Virus record (IMG/VR): IMGVR_UViG_3300021478_000028
Span: 116-64,115 of that record
Source: a virus
Taxonomy: Duplodnaviria > Caudoviricetes
Strand: one strand, 5' to 3'
Length of the DNA stretch: 64,000 nt
A program made the translations under genes and the position numbers. This document shows, in pieces, positions 27,208 to 36,061 of the stretch. The notes below the pieces were generated by a model, which was not told the DNA's origin, did no database searches, and was given only the letters and a program-made list of their open reading frames with translations. How positions within the stretch are numbered: position 1 is the stretch's first letter; each line of letters begins with the position of its first letter.

Positions 27208-27484
27208 CCATCCAATCTTGGAGTGCGAGGAGACCGCCAAGCACATCATCGCGCGCGGCGGAACGATCTATCAAAAGTGGAGTTGCGGGGGCTGCGGCTC
27301 CCGCATTACCGCCAACAAGCCCAACGTGTTCACAATCAAGGGGCATTGCGAGGATTGTGGGCATGTCACCGACTTGATCGCGGCGGGCTGCAATTACCTC
27401 GCTGTCATCCCGGTTGGCCGAGCCCCTGGCCAGGGAACGTGTGCCAATCCCCGGATCAAGTCCGAGGAGGAGCCCAGGCAATGA
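27200..27484 (+). CDS. Zinc-ribbon protein
   Basis: AGGAG SD; CGGCG and CEDCG. Confidence 0.65.
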   Translation: MADHPILECEETAKHIIARGGTIYQKWSCGGCGSRITANKPNVFTIKGHCEDCGHVTDLIAAGCNYLAVIPVGRAPGQGTCANPRIKSEEEPRQ

Positions 27485-27623
27485 GGACCATAAAAGCCAG
27501 GAGGAGAACCCTCACCATTAAGGGCCTGCGTCACCCGTCCGGGCCGGTGACGAGGCCAAACCCGGCGGGCAACCGCCGGGAGCGCCGCGCCGCAAAGGCG
27601 TGTGCCAAGCAGGAGCCCAAGCC

Positions 27624-27866
27624 ATGAGCCCGAAAGTATACCAACACCTGCAAGTAGACCTCGGGCTGACCCAGCGTGCGATGGCGCGCATGCTGGACGT
27701 GGCCGAGCGCACCGTGTTCGAGTGGAAAAAGGACGGCGTACAGGGCGGCCCAGCAGGGCTATTGCTCGCGTTGCTCGCCCGCGGCAAGATCACGCCGCAG
27801 GATTTGTGGGACTTGCGCCTGGAATACGAGCGATCGGTAGAAGCGCAGCCCGGACATCCACCGTGA
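27624..27866 (+). CDS. XRE-type HTH protein
   Basis: LGLTQRAMARMLDVAERTVFEW. Confidence 0.8.
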   Translation: MSPKVYQHLQVDLGLTQRAMARMLDVAERTVFEWKKDGVQGGPAGLLLALLARGKITPQDLWDLRLEYERSVEAQPGHPP

Positions 27867-27955
27867 GCATCTCTGGCCTGTTCTTTATCCTTTCCTTCAG
27901 GCTCAGGTGCCCGGCGGCTAGGGGGCGGGGGGCGCCATCCCCTCGCCCCCGCATT

Positions 27956-28285
27956 TCATGTCATAAGGATTGCCAGATAGGCGAGCCCGCGCGCTGTTAT
28001 GCGGCACAGATATCCACTCTTGCCGGATGGCGTCGGCGCGCGCGCGCCAGTACGCTCGATGAAGCCCGCCGTGCGCAGATCGGAGCAACGTTGACCATCG
28101 CAAGCATGTGGCGGAAAACCTGCCCGCCGGTATGCGTCAACATCAAGCAATGCAGAGCCGTCCCGGTAGGATCGCAATATCAGCTTCGCCTGTTTTGTTA
28201 TATCGATACTTTCTGCTGCTTCATGCGACGTGGCAGGATCGCTAGCGCGTGCGTGAGCATATGAGAACAGGTCCGGGTCAGTCAT
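27956..28285 (-). CDS. Winged-helix phage protein
   Basis: ARASDPATSHEAA; RCSDLR..GFI; ITARG. Confidence 0.75.
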   Translation of the reverse strand: MTDPDLFSYAHARASDPATSHEAAESIDITKQAKLILRSYRDGSALLDVDAYRRAGFPPHACDGQRCSDLRTAGFIERTGARAPTPSGKSGYLCRITARGLAYLAILMT

Positions 28286-28514
28286 TGTTGCTCAGCTCTC
28301 GTGATCTACGATCGTAATCTACGATGTCGTGATCCACGATGCGAACGCGCGTGTATTTGGCGATTGTTGAATGGCGCCCATCCGACATTGTTATTCGCAG
28401 CTTCTTGTTTTCCAGCCCCTCCTTGATCATCTCGGGATTGGCGTTGACTTGGCACACCTCAATCCAGCGCTCAGATCCGTATTGAACCGCCTCGATCGAA
28501 TAGCGCGCCATCAC
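28278..28514 (-). CDS. Hypothetical protein
   Basis: 78 aa, coupled. Confidence 0.55.
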   Translation of the reverse strand: MMARYSIEAVQYGSERWIEVCQVNANPEMIKEGLENKKLRITMSDGRHSTIAKYTRVRIVDHDIVDYDRRSRELSNND

Positions 28515-29029
28515 TAATGCTCCATCTTCGAACTGGGCATTTGCTCCTGTTCAACCAACGGCACCGGGAATGCTGCCTTCACTTCTTCCGGGTTGAAGGT
28601 CACCACCAATGAAGGAGGCGCACCTCTTTGTTTTAAAAATTTCCACAGAAATTTGGCAGTGCGACGAGATAAACGCGGACTCGGACTGACCACCTGAACG
28701 ATATACTCCGCATTGTCCCGAGAAAAAAATTCCGGCGGCACCGCCCACCACCGCGTCTGATCCCCCTCTACCTCCACGCGACAGTGAATGGTACCAGCAG
28801 CAAGAGCGCAGTAAGCCTCAAACATCGCGAATGGTAAAAGTCGCGCCAGGTCGTCCATCATCCTACCCGCATCTCGCATTTCCAACTGAGCTTGCCGTAG
28901 GCCCGCTGGAACACCGCGACCTGAATGCGCGCAGCCTCCCGGCACTGCTCCTGCGATTGGTACTGACCACTTTCGAAAGGCGGGATTGACCAACCCCAGA
29001 GGATCAGAAACCAGATGGCCATGGTTCAT
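28514..29029 (-). CDS. Hypothetical protein
   Basis: 171 aa, coupled at both ends. Confidence 0.55.
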   Translation of the reverse strand: MNHGHLVSDPLGLVNPAFRKWSVPIAGAVPGGCAHSGRGVPAGLRQAQLEMRDAGRMMDDLARLLPFAMFEAYCALAAGTIHCRVEVEGDQTRWWAVPPEFFSRDNAEYIVQVVSPSPRLSRRTAKFLWKFLKQRGAPPSLVVTFNPEEVKAAFPVPLVEQEQMPSSKMEH

Positions 29030-29253
29030 GCCTTATTAAACCGTGCTTCAACTTCGGCTCGCCCAATTGCGCGATAAAGTAATTCCTCTACGGCCCGCAT
29101 TTCTTCATCTGTCAGGTATTGTAAGGCGTGGCCGAAACTATTAGCCAATAGCTGCCGATGCTCACGGCGCTCTTGATCTTCACGCTTCTGTAACTTGGCA
29201 ATAAGGGCATCTGCTGCCTTGTCCTCGCTGCGTATTCGCTTGCTCATCACCAC
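29026..29253 (-). CDS. Hypothetical helical protein
   Basis: 75 aa, GAGGTG SD. Confidence 0.55.
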   Translation of the reverse strand: MVMSKRIRSEDKAADALIAKLQKREDQERREHRQLLANSFGHALQYLTDEEMRAVEELLYRAIGRAEVEARFNKA

Positions 29254-29254
29254 C

Positions 29255-29452
29255 TCACTGCTTTTTCCCGTACACGATCTCGCGCCCCTGCTCGAACGGC
29301 CCGATTGGCCGGCCGTATTTGGCCGTCATCTCCGCATACGACTGCCCCTCGGGCGGGTGCAACTCCCGCTTGAACCCCGGCCGCGCTCGCTTGAGCCACG
29401 GGTACTCGTCGGTGAATGTAGTCCTGCGTTGCCAGTATTCGCCGTCGCTCAT
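29255..29452 (-). CDS. Hypothetical protein
   Basis: 65 aa, GGAGG SD. Confidence 0.6.
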   Translation of the reverse strand: MSDGEYWQRRTTFTDEYPWLKRARPGFKRELHPPEGQSYAEMTAKYGRPIGPFEQGREIVYGKKQ

Positions 29453-29670
29453 TTCTTCCTCCGCATTTTCTCAGCAATGATCTCCGCCTCCGAGGGGCCG
29501 TTCATCTTGCGGTGCTCGCGCATGGCGCGATTGTAGAACGCATTGATGCTTTCACGCGGCCTGTGAATATCCCGGGCAACGCGCGAGGGCTCGACAATCA
29601 GCGTCTCCCCTCTGCGCTCCGCATAATACCACCACGCCGCCTCTTGCCAGTTGGGATCGTTCCAGCTCAT
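29449..29670 (-). CDS. Hypothetical protein
   Basis: 73 aa, AAGGAAG SD. Confidence 0.6.
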   Translation of the reverse strand: MSWNDPNWQEAAWWYYAERRGETLIVEPSRVARDIHRPRESINAFYNRAMREHRKMNGPSEAEIIAEKMRRKK

Positions 29671-29689
29671 TGGCTTCCTTCTTCGTCGC

Positions 29690-30330
29690 GTCCCCGGCTG
29701 ACCTAACGGTCAGCCTCTGAGCTTCACGGATAGAACCTTTCGTTTAATCGCTTAAGCCGCCGCCCACGGGCTGTTTAATTGCCCGGGGCGGCGGAGTCCT
29801 GGTGCTGCCTAGAGTATCCAACTGACTGCTGGAGCTTTCTGTTACTTACCTTTCTTCTATTGGCTATAGTGCTTGCTTAGGACACGACCCCCCAACCCCC
29901 CGCGGAAATGATCGGATTTAGCTGCCCGCCCTTTCCCGATTTTGTCGAGGGATTGGCGGATCATCCGGTTTCCACAAGGGACCGCGCAATGTGTGGTCGA
30001 GCCATTGGCCCAGTCAGCCCACGCGGTTTCGTTGGGGGATCGTCCGAGCCGGCACCTGGCAATCCAGGTGTCCTCATCCGAGGAGGCCCGCACGTGACCG
30101 GTCTATAACCGCATCCGGTCGGGGAAACCCCTACCCTACGGAGGCAATTACGCGCCCATTGACACTGCTGTAGGAAACCGCTTTGGATGCTGATGACCAG
30201 CGCGCCTACAGCTCGCGTTGGTCTCAGGGCTCACGTTCCGGCAAAAGATCGTGGGCCTTCTGGTGTCCCTGGTCCAGATCCCAGGTTGACGCCTCGCCCG
30301 GCGGGCTCCTCCAAGGCCCGACCGGGCTTC
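29690..30330. ncRNA. Candidate large structured RNA or replication origin
   Basis: No convincing ORF; about ten hairpins; C6-AA-C6 at 29888-29901; minus-strand TTGACT at 30359-30354. Confidence 0.5.
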
Positions 30331-30464
30331 TTTTTCTGCCTCCAGGCGAAGCCAGTCAAGGACTTTCCGCAACGCTCCACATCCCTGAGGAAATTCGGGA
30401 GGGGACCGATCCAGGTACCCCCTCCCCAGGCTGAAATGATACACTGGATCGACATACCAGCCTG

Positions 30465-30884
30465 CTAGGCCGCAACGCTCCACACCCTCACGAGCACGCC
30501 TTCCGGCGCCTCGCCCCTGGTAACCGTCAATTTACGCAGGAATTGGCGGCTGTCCCCCTGCACCAACTCGATGTTCACCAAGTAGTCCAAGAGGCTCTTT
30601 AGGACGTTGTCGATGTCGTGCCGAACCTTCTCCGAAAGGACGACGTGCACTGCATAGGGGCCGGCGATCTTCGGGCAGTTTTTGCGCTGCAACATGACAT
30701 GCTGATCGGCTCTCCGCGCCCAGGCTTCGTGCTTGGTCTTCTTGGCCAAATCGATCTTGCGGGTCTCGTTCACCGAGGGCGGGCACGGCAGGTGCAGCTC
30801 GATCCGGGGCTGGGGTTGGTCCTCGGATGCCTTCTCGGCCCCCCTATCGTCCACGTACACGCCACCGCTCATGAGTACCCCCAT
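30465..30884 (-). CDS. rusA: RusA-like Holliday junction resolvase
   Basis: LPCPPSVN, DIDNVLKSLLDYL..GDS. Confidence 0.85.
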   Translation of the reverse strand: MGVLMSGGVYVDDRGAEKASEDQPQPRIELHLPCPPSVNETRKIDLAKKTKHEAWARRADQHVMLQRKNCPKIAGPYAVHVVLSEKVRHDIDNVLKSLLDYLVNIELVQGDSRQFLRKLTVTRGEAPEGVLVRVWSVAA

Positions 30885-30893
30885 GGAAAGACC

Positions 30894-31196
30894 CTAGTCA
30901 GGCGCCGAGGCCCCCGCTGAAAACCCTATCCTTCGCCGCCGTTTGCGCGGCTTTGTCGGGGTTTGCGCCGCCAGCAGGTCGCGCAAGTGGATGGAAATAT
31001 CCAGCTTGGCGCCCTCTTCGATGATGCGTGCCCAGTGCCGCGAGGTGATTCGGCCCTTGCGCTTCATCTCGCTGGCCGCCTGTTGCTGCACGCCGATCGC
31101 GCGGGCGAACGCGCTCACGCCGCCAAAGGCGCGCATGATCGACGACACCGTCCAGGGCAAATCCTTGGGATGGCTGTTTCCCGAGCGCTTCACCAA
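30894..31196 (-). CDS. Cro-like HTH repressor
   Basis: IMRAFGGVSAFARAIGV....SEMKRKG.I...W. Confidence 0.8.
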   Translation of the reverse strand: MVKRSGNSHPKDLPWTVSSIMRAFGGVSAFARAIGVQQQAASEMKRKGRITSRHWARIIEEGAKLDISIHLRDLLAAQTPTKPRKRRRRIGFSAGASAPD

Positions 31197-31293
31197 TTTG
31201 GCACCATGAGTTATTGTATACGCTTAGATTAGCACAGCGCTCGATGCAGGCAAGCGGCTTTTCCACAACTTCCCACCGGCACAATTTTTTGTG

Positions 31294-31321
31294 TTGACGC
31301 CAACGGGGTGGGGTGTAGATT
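31294..31321 (+). promoter_or_regulatory. Sigma70-like promoter
   Basis: TTGACG-16nt-TAGATT upstream of 31365. Confidence 0.6.
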
Positions 31322-31364
31322 GCCCCGGCTTGATTTGCGAGCAACCGAGAAGGAGATATCGGAA

Positions 31365-31835
31365 ATGGCTGCCGTTGAAGTGACTATCAGTGGGGTACTT
31401 TACGACAAGTTCAACAGGACGACACAGCAGGTTGTCCTCATTGGTGAGGCAACCCTCACTGGCATCGGCGTTGGCGGCGGTCCGATTATCCCGCCGGCTC
31501 AACCGCCGGGTGAGCCGGGAATACCGACATTCCCAATTGCGGGTTACCCGGATTTCCCGTATCCAAGCCAGCCGATCTATCGTCCTGGCTATCCAGGCGG
31601 ATCGCCCCCGCCGTCCTTCCCCCGTCCGCCTGTTACATTGCCACCGGAAGTCACGCCGCCGAACCCGGGTGATCCGCCCACAGCTTTGCCGCCGCCAGCA
31701 GGGAGTGCGGGTTGGCCAGTGCAAGGGATCGTGCCGCCGCCCTTTATCATCGTGAACTACCCCGGCGTCGGGCCAATCGTGGTGGCGCCGCCAGCAACGG
31801 CCGCAACCACACCGCCGGCTCAGCCACAGCAGTGA
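31365..31835 (+). CDS. Proline-rich protein
   Basis: AAGGAG SD; GVGGGPIIPP, PTFPI and PSQPI repeats. Confidence 0.8.
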   Translation: MAAVEVTISGVLYDKFNRTTQQVVLIGEATLTGIGVGGGPIIPPAQPPGEPGIPTFPIAGYPDFPYPSQPIYRPGYPGGSPPPSFPRPPVTLPPEVTPPNPGDPPTALPPPAGSAGWPVQGIVPPPFIIVNYPGVGPIVVAPPATAATTPPAQPQQ

Positions 31836-31924
31836 CGTGGGACGCGGCTGGATGAGCACATCCGGGGAACTGGCGGGGAGGACTGACAGCCTCCCCCGCG
31901 CCCCGCAGTGACGAGACCCTGGAA

Positions 31925-32167
31925 ATGATCGATCTCAATCTACCACAGCACAGGCCGGAAGTTATCCCGCACGCGGCCCAGAGCCTGCGTGACATCGAGA
32001 TCAAGGCGCAGACCCTGGACGGAAAGGATCGCCTGGAATTTTTGCAAGCGACGCACGACGGCTGGTGCGAGCTGTACAACAGTTACGTTGCCAAGTTTCC
32101 GCTGGAAGACCCGTCTGATTTTATCTTGATGGTGGTTGGCATTCGCCGCTTGATGGAACGCATCTGA
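31925..32167 (+). CDS. Hypothetical protein
   Basis: 80 aa in operon. Confidence 0.55.
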   Translation: MIDLNLPQHRPEVIPHAAQSLRDIEIKAQTLDGKDRLEFLQATHDGWCELYNSYVAKFPLEDPSDFILMVVGIRRLMERI

Positions 32168-32177
32168 GGAGTCTGCT

Positions 32178-32399
32178 GTGGAGCCGCAAGAAAGATTGCA
32201 ACTGATTGCAATGCTGGCCACCGACGATGCATGGGAAGCGGTGATCAAAGTCGGAGAGACCCTGCTTGATCATTACTACCCCAAGCATGTCTTCACGGGC
32301 GAGAGCGGGGACTCCGGTCCTCTATACATCGTGGCCCTGCGCGAAGCTTTCGAGGCCCTGCGCGAAGCTTTGGGCGCTGTCGAACGGAGTGGCGCATGA
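32178..32399 (+). CDS. Hypothetical protein
   Basis: GAGGAG SD, 73 aa. Confidence 0.55.
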   Translation: MEPQERLQLIAMLATDDAWEAVIKVGETLLDHYYPKHVFTGESGDSGPLYIVALREAFEALREALGAVERSGA

Positions 32400-32540
32400 G
32401 GAACATGGGCGTGCCACGGCGCGAGCAGCAAAATCATCGGATCGATTGGGCCGCGTTGGCGGTGGTGATCGGTTGCAGCCTAGGGATCATCGCGGGGCTG
32501 TGTGTCATTGCGAAGTACATCTGGAGCTTTGGAGGGTGAG

Positions 32541-33089
32541 ATGACGGACAAGCCTACGTTTTTGCAGCGCAAGCTGTCAGCAGTGCCGGCGCCAGGGAAC
32601 AAATTTGATCCGCGGGTGAGCGAGTTCTTGGCCGACTTTGCCGCTACCGGCGAGGCCGTGCAGAACCAGCGGCGCGAAATCGAGCGGCAGGAGGTCGAGA
32701 TCGAGAAACTGCACGCGCGCGCCGGCTATGCCGACACCGAGCTGAAGCGTGTGGCGCGCGCGAGAGATCAATTCCAGGCTCAGTATTGCGAGTTGAAAAT
32801 TGCTCTGGAGGTCGTGATCACGAGTGCCGTTAACGCATGCGAACAGAGCAAGGCGGCAATTCACGCGGCCAAGTCAGCCTGCATCATGGCCGCGGAGAAT
32901 GCATGCAAGATCTCTGAGGACAGCTGCCAGAGCGTTATCGACCAAGCCAGGGCAACGCTCGCTAGCGTAAAGGCGGAGTTGGTGCGGGCCGGCGTCGAGG
33001 CGCCGGGTGAAATCCAGACGCTCACTCCAGAGGAGGAGGAGAGCGCGCGCCAGTTCGGAATGCGGTACGCACCGCGTCCGACGGATTGA
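32541..33089 (+). CDS. Coiled-coil protein
   Basis: GGAGG SD, long heptad pattern. Confidence 0.65.
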   Translation: MTDKPTFLQRKLSAVPAPGNKFDPRVSEFLADFAATGEAVQNQRREIERQEVEIEKLHARAGYADTELKRVARARDQFQAQYCELKIALEVVITSAVNACEQSKAAIHAAKSACIMAAENACKISEDSCQSVIDQARATLASVKAELVRAGVEAPGEIQTLTPEEEESARQFGMRYAPRPTD

Positions 33090-33150
33090 CTTTCAGGTTA
33101 TCGGCCCTTGCCCCAAACGACAATCTGGCGAGCAGAATAAAAGGCCCGTC

Positions 33151-33948
33151 ATGCTCTCCCCTGAACAGAAGGCAGTCAGAGCTGGTCGGCTGACTGCGAG
33201 CAGGATCGCAGCGTTGATGAATGGCAATGCGGAAGAGATCATGCGGCTGTACTTGGAGATGATTGGCGAGGCGGTCGAGGAAGACTTGAGCAGGGTCTGG
33301 CCGGTGCGACTGGGAGAGGCGACCGAGCAGCTGCAACTCGATTGGTTTCAGGAAAAGTACGGCCTTCCCGTCACGCGCCGCGGCGAGGTCGTGGTGCACC
33401 CGGTGGTTCAATGGGCCGCTTGTACGCTGGACGCATGGGTAGAGGACGGCGGCGCGGACTATCCCATAGAGTGCAAGCATGTCGGTGGCAGAGAGCCAGT
33501 CGAGATTGTGATCGATCGCTACCAGCCTCAGATGCAATGGCAGATGTTCGTCACGCGCGCAAAGGAGCTGGCGCTAAGTATCATCATTGGGGCCTCTGAG
33601 CCCGTCGTGGAATACGTCGATCGCAACGACCCTTACATCGCCGAGATGCTTACGCGCGGGACACAATTCATGGAGTTCGTCGCCAGGCGCGAGCCGCCGG
33701 TAGTGCTTGATCCGGTGCCGCCGCCGATCGACATGAGCAAGATCTATGACATGGGAGGCTCAAACGAATGGGGGAGTGCGGCAGCAGAATGGATCGCAAC
33801 CGAGCCGTTTGCGCGCAAAGCATTGGATGCAGCAAAAACCCTCAAGAACCTCGTGCCCAAGGATGCGAAGAAAGTATTTGGACACGGGGTTCGTATAACC
33901 AGAGACAGAGCGGGACGCTTGTCCTTGCGTATGGATGATTTGAAATGA
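33151..33948 (+). CDS. YqaJ/lambda-type exonuclease
   Basis: LTASRI, G...E, ACTLDA, IECKH, Y.PQMQWQM. Confidence 0.9.
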   Translation: MLSPEQKAVRAGRLTASRIAALMNGNAEEIMRLYLEMIGEAVEEDLSRVWPVRLGEATEQLQLDWFQEKYGLPVTRRGEVVVHPVVQWAACTLDAWVEDGGADYPIECKHVGGREPVEIVIDRYQPQMQWQMFVTRAKELALSIIIGASEPVVEYVDRNDPYIAEMLTRGTQFMEFVARREPPVVLDPVPPPIDMSKIYDMGGSNEWGSAAAEWIATEPFARKALDAAKTLKNLVPKDAKKVFGHGVRITRDRAGRLSLRMDDLK

Positions 33949-34087
33949 AAACTAAGCCAATTTGCTCAACATCAGTCCAACCTTTCCTTCGCTACAGGCC
34001 AGAGATAGAGCCGTTTTTGCAATGTTACACTGCGCCGCAAAGGTTGGACCAGTCCAACCTTGATGTCCGTCAGACTGGAGCAACATC

Positions 34088-34837
34088 ATGTGGTCTGAGC
34101 GATCTGAAGAAATCAATGAGATAGCGGCCGCGCTTGCCAAGGCGCAGGGTCAGATGGAAAATGCGCCGTTCGATCGCACCAACCCGCATTTCAGGTCAAA
34201 GTACGCCTCCCTTGCCAGCGTCGTAAACGCAGGGCGCAAGGCGCTCTCCGAGAACGGCATCGCCGTCAGCCAGTTGATAAACAATGGAAACCTGACCACG
34301 CTGATGATGCATGCGTCAGGACAGTGGTTGAGCAGCACGATGTCGCTCCCGGTCACGCCAAGGCCGCAGGAGCTGGGGTCCGCGCTGACCTATTTCAGGC
34401 GCTATCACCTGTCCTCGATCATGGGGATAAGCGCCGATGACGATGATGATGCAAACGCGGCCGAGGAGGCGGCGAAGCGGGGCAATGGCCGACGGGCGCC
34501 CCCTCCACCAGGCGAGAACGTGATGCACAAGCACCAGCTATCTACCGGCGGTCCATACGATCCAGAAACCGGTGAGGTGAGACAGGAGGAGGTTGACAGC
34601 TCCCCCGCACGGCCCTCGCCGGCCCCGCCCGCTCCTGCTCTCGAACAGACAGGAGCGGGCGGTTCCACTCTGAGCGACCCAGCCATAGCGAATATCAGGT
34701 TCCTGGCTACGGAAGCCGCCAAGCGCGGCCGGGAGCAACTGAACGTGTACTTCAAGGGATTGCCGCCCGAGGGAAAAAGGATCGTTACCCTGATGCAAGC
34801 CGAGCTGGAGAAAATTCTCCCACCAAAGACACCGTGA
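34088..34837 (+). CDS. erf: ERF-family single-strand annealing protein
   Basis: ALAKAQ, NPHFRSKYASL, H.SGQW, GSALTY.RRY, DDDAN. Confidence 0.92.
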   Translation: MWSERSEEINEIAAALAKAQGQMENAPFDRTNPHFRSKYASLASVVNAGRKALSENGIAVSQLINNGNLTTLMMHASGQWLSSTMSLPVTPRPQELGSALTYFRRYHLSSIMGISADDDDDANAAEEAAKRGNGRRAPPPPGENVMHKHQLSTGGPYDPETGEVRQEEVDSSPARPSPAPPAPALEQTGAGGSTLSDPAIANIRFLATEAAKRGREQLNVYFKGLPPEGKRIVTLMQAELEKILPPKTP

Positions 34838-34841
34838 TCAA

Positions 34842-35351
34842 GTGTCAAGAAAGCCGTTGACTGAGGAGCAGCGCGAGCGGAACCGCAATCGGAACCGCCG
34901 GTATTATGCCGCCCACAAGGAGAAAGAGCACGAACGGACCCGCCGGTATTATGCCGCGCACAAGGAGCAAGCGAAGGAGCGGGATCGTCGGTATTATTCC
35001 GCGTTGACTGAAGAGCAGATGGAAAGGAGGCGCGAGCTAGCCCGCCGATATTATGCCGCCCACAAGGAGAAAGAGCGCGAACTGAACCGTCGATGGTATG
35101 CCGCGCACAAGGAGCAAGTGAAGGAGAGGGCTCGTCGGTATCATGCCGCGCACAGGGATGAATTGCGGGAGACGCGCCGCCAGTGGGGCCTCGCCCATCC
35201 GAATTATAATCGCCTGCGCTACACGTTCTTAGCCGAGATCAAAAAATCCGGTCTCTATGACGGGATCGACTCACCCCCGACAATTACCATCCTACGAAAA
35301 CTTGGCCTGCTCGAAGGCGCGTGGCCGCATTGTTCAACAGAGGAGAAATAA
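34842..35351 (+). CDS. Charged helical repeat protein
   Basis: Tandem RRYYAAHKE(K/Q) repeats. Confidence 0.7.
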   Translation: MSRKPLTEEQRERNRNRNRRYYAAHKEKEHERTRRYYAAHKEQAKERDRRYYSALTEEQMERRRELARRYYAAHKEKERELNRRWYAAHKEQVKERARRYHAAHRDELRETRRQWGLAHPNYNRLRYTFLAEIKKSGLYDGIDSPPTITILRKLGLLEGAWPHCSTEEK

Positions 35352-35353
35352 AA

Positions 35354-35836
35354 ATGTCTACCCAGGAGAGCTTTACTACGGGGAAACGTCGGCAGCGCGC
35401 CTACCAGCCGAGAACTCCGAGCGAGCTGCTGATAAGCTTGAATAGGCAACATCCAAAGAAGTCGCGCGAGGAGATTGTCGACCTCTTTGCTAATATCCTG
35501 CCGTCCTACGAGGAGCCCCAAAGGATCGTCAACAAGGATTGGGCTTCGCTGAACCTCAACCGGCTCACGCATGCAGATCCAACACGGGAAGAAAGACGAG
35601 CAAAGGCAAAAACAGAAGCAAAAGCCGACAGTGAAGAGGTGATGACGAAGGTTAAAAAGAACATGACGAGGCTCGTGCTCCTCGAAACGAAAATGCCGAA
35701 CGGGAAGGCCTATCGCGACTGCACCCGCGAGGATCTTGAGCAGATGGGGGGAGAGATGTCCGCGATGATTGTCACCCTGAAGCCAGGGCAGCGCGTTGGC
35801 GACGTGTACAAATCCAACGAAGAACTGCCGCGTTAG
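35354..35836 (+). CDS. Hypothetical protein
   Basis: GAGGAG SD, 160 aa. Confidence 0.65.
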   Translation: MSTQESFTTGKRRQRAYQPRTPSELLISLNRQHPKKSREEIVDLFANILPSYEEPQRIVNKDWASLNLNRLTHADPTREERRAKAKTEAKADSEEVMTKVKKNMTRLVLLETKMPNGKAYRDCTREDLEQMGGEMSAMIVTLKPGQRVGDVYKSNEELPR

Positions 35837-35845
35837 GGCCTCGCC

Positions 35846-36049
35846 ATGATCGAGTATCTCCTCATGATAATGGTGTGCTCCAACATTGATGGGGATTGCA
35901 CCTGGTCCAGGGGGGGCAGTTTCCCAACTGAAGAGCGCTGCATCGCAAACGGGCTGCAAGCACTCCCAGCGCAGTTCAAGTGCGTCGTGATCGAGCATCG
36001 CGCCGGGCCGGACCAGCGCATCCCCTTGCCACGACCCCGCCCATTGTGA
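35846..36049 (+). CDS. Small secreted Cys-containing protein
   Basis: Hydrophobic N-terminus, four Cys, PLPRPRP end. Confidence 0.55.
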   Translation: MIEYLLMIMVCSNIDGDCTWSRGGSFPTEERCIANGLQALPAQFKCVVIEHRAGPDQRIPLPRPRPL

Positions 36050-36061
36050 TCTAACAGTATT

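Noticed and set aside
29744-29755. TTAA-TCGC-TTAA as a CtrA box
   Set aside because: Spacer is 4 nt rather than 7 and there is no -10 at the conserved distance.
29857-30483. Short ORFs in the non-coding block as a replication initiator
   Set aside because: They overlap on both strands, lack SD sequences and show no recognisable motifs.
31836-31920. tRNA gene
   Set aside because: No T-loop GTTCRA and no cloverleaf.
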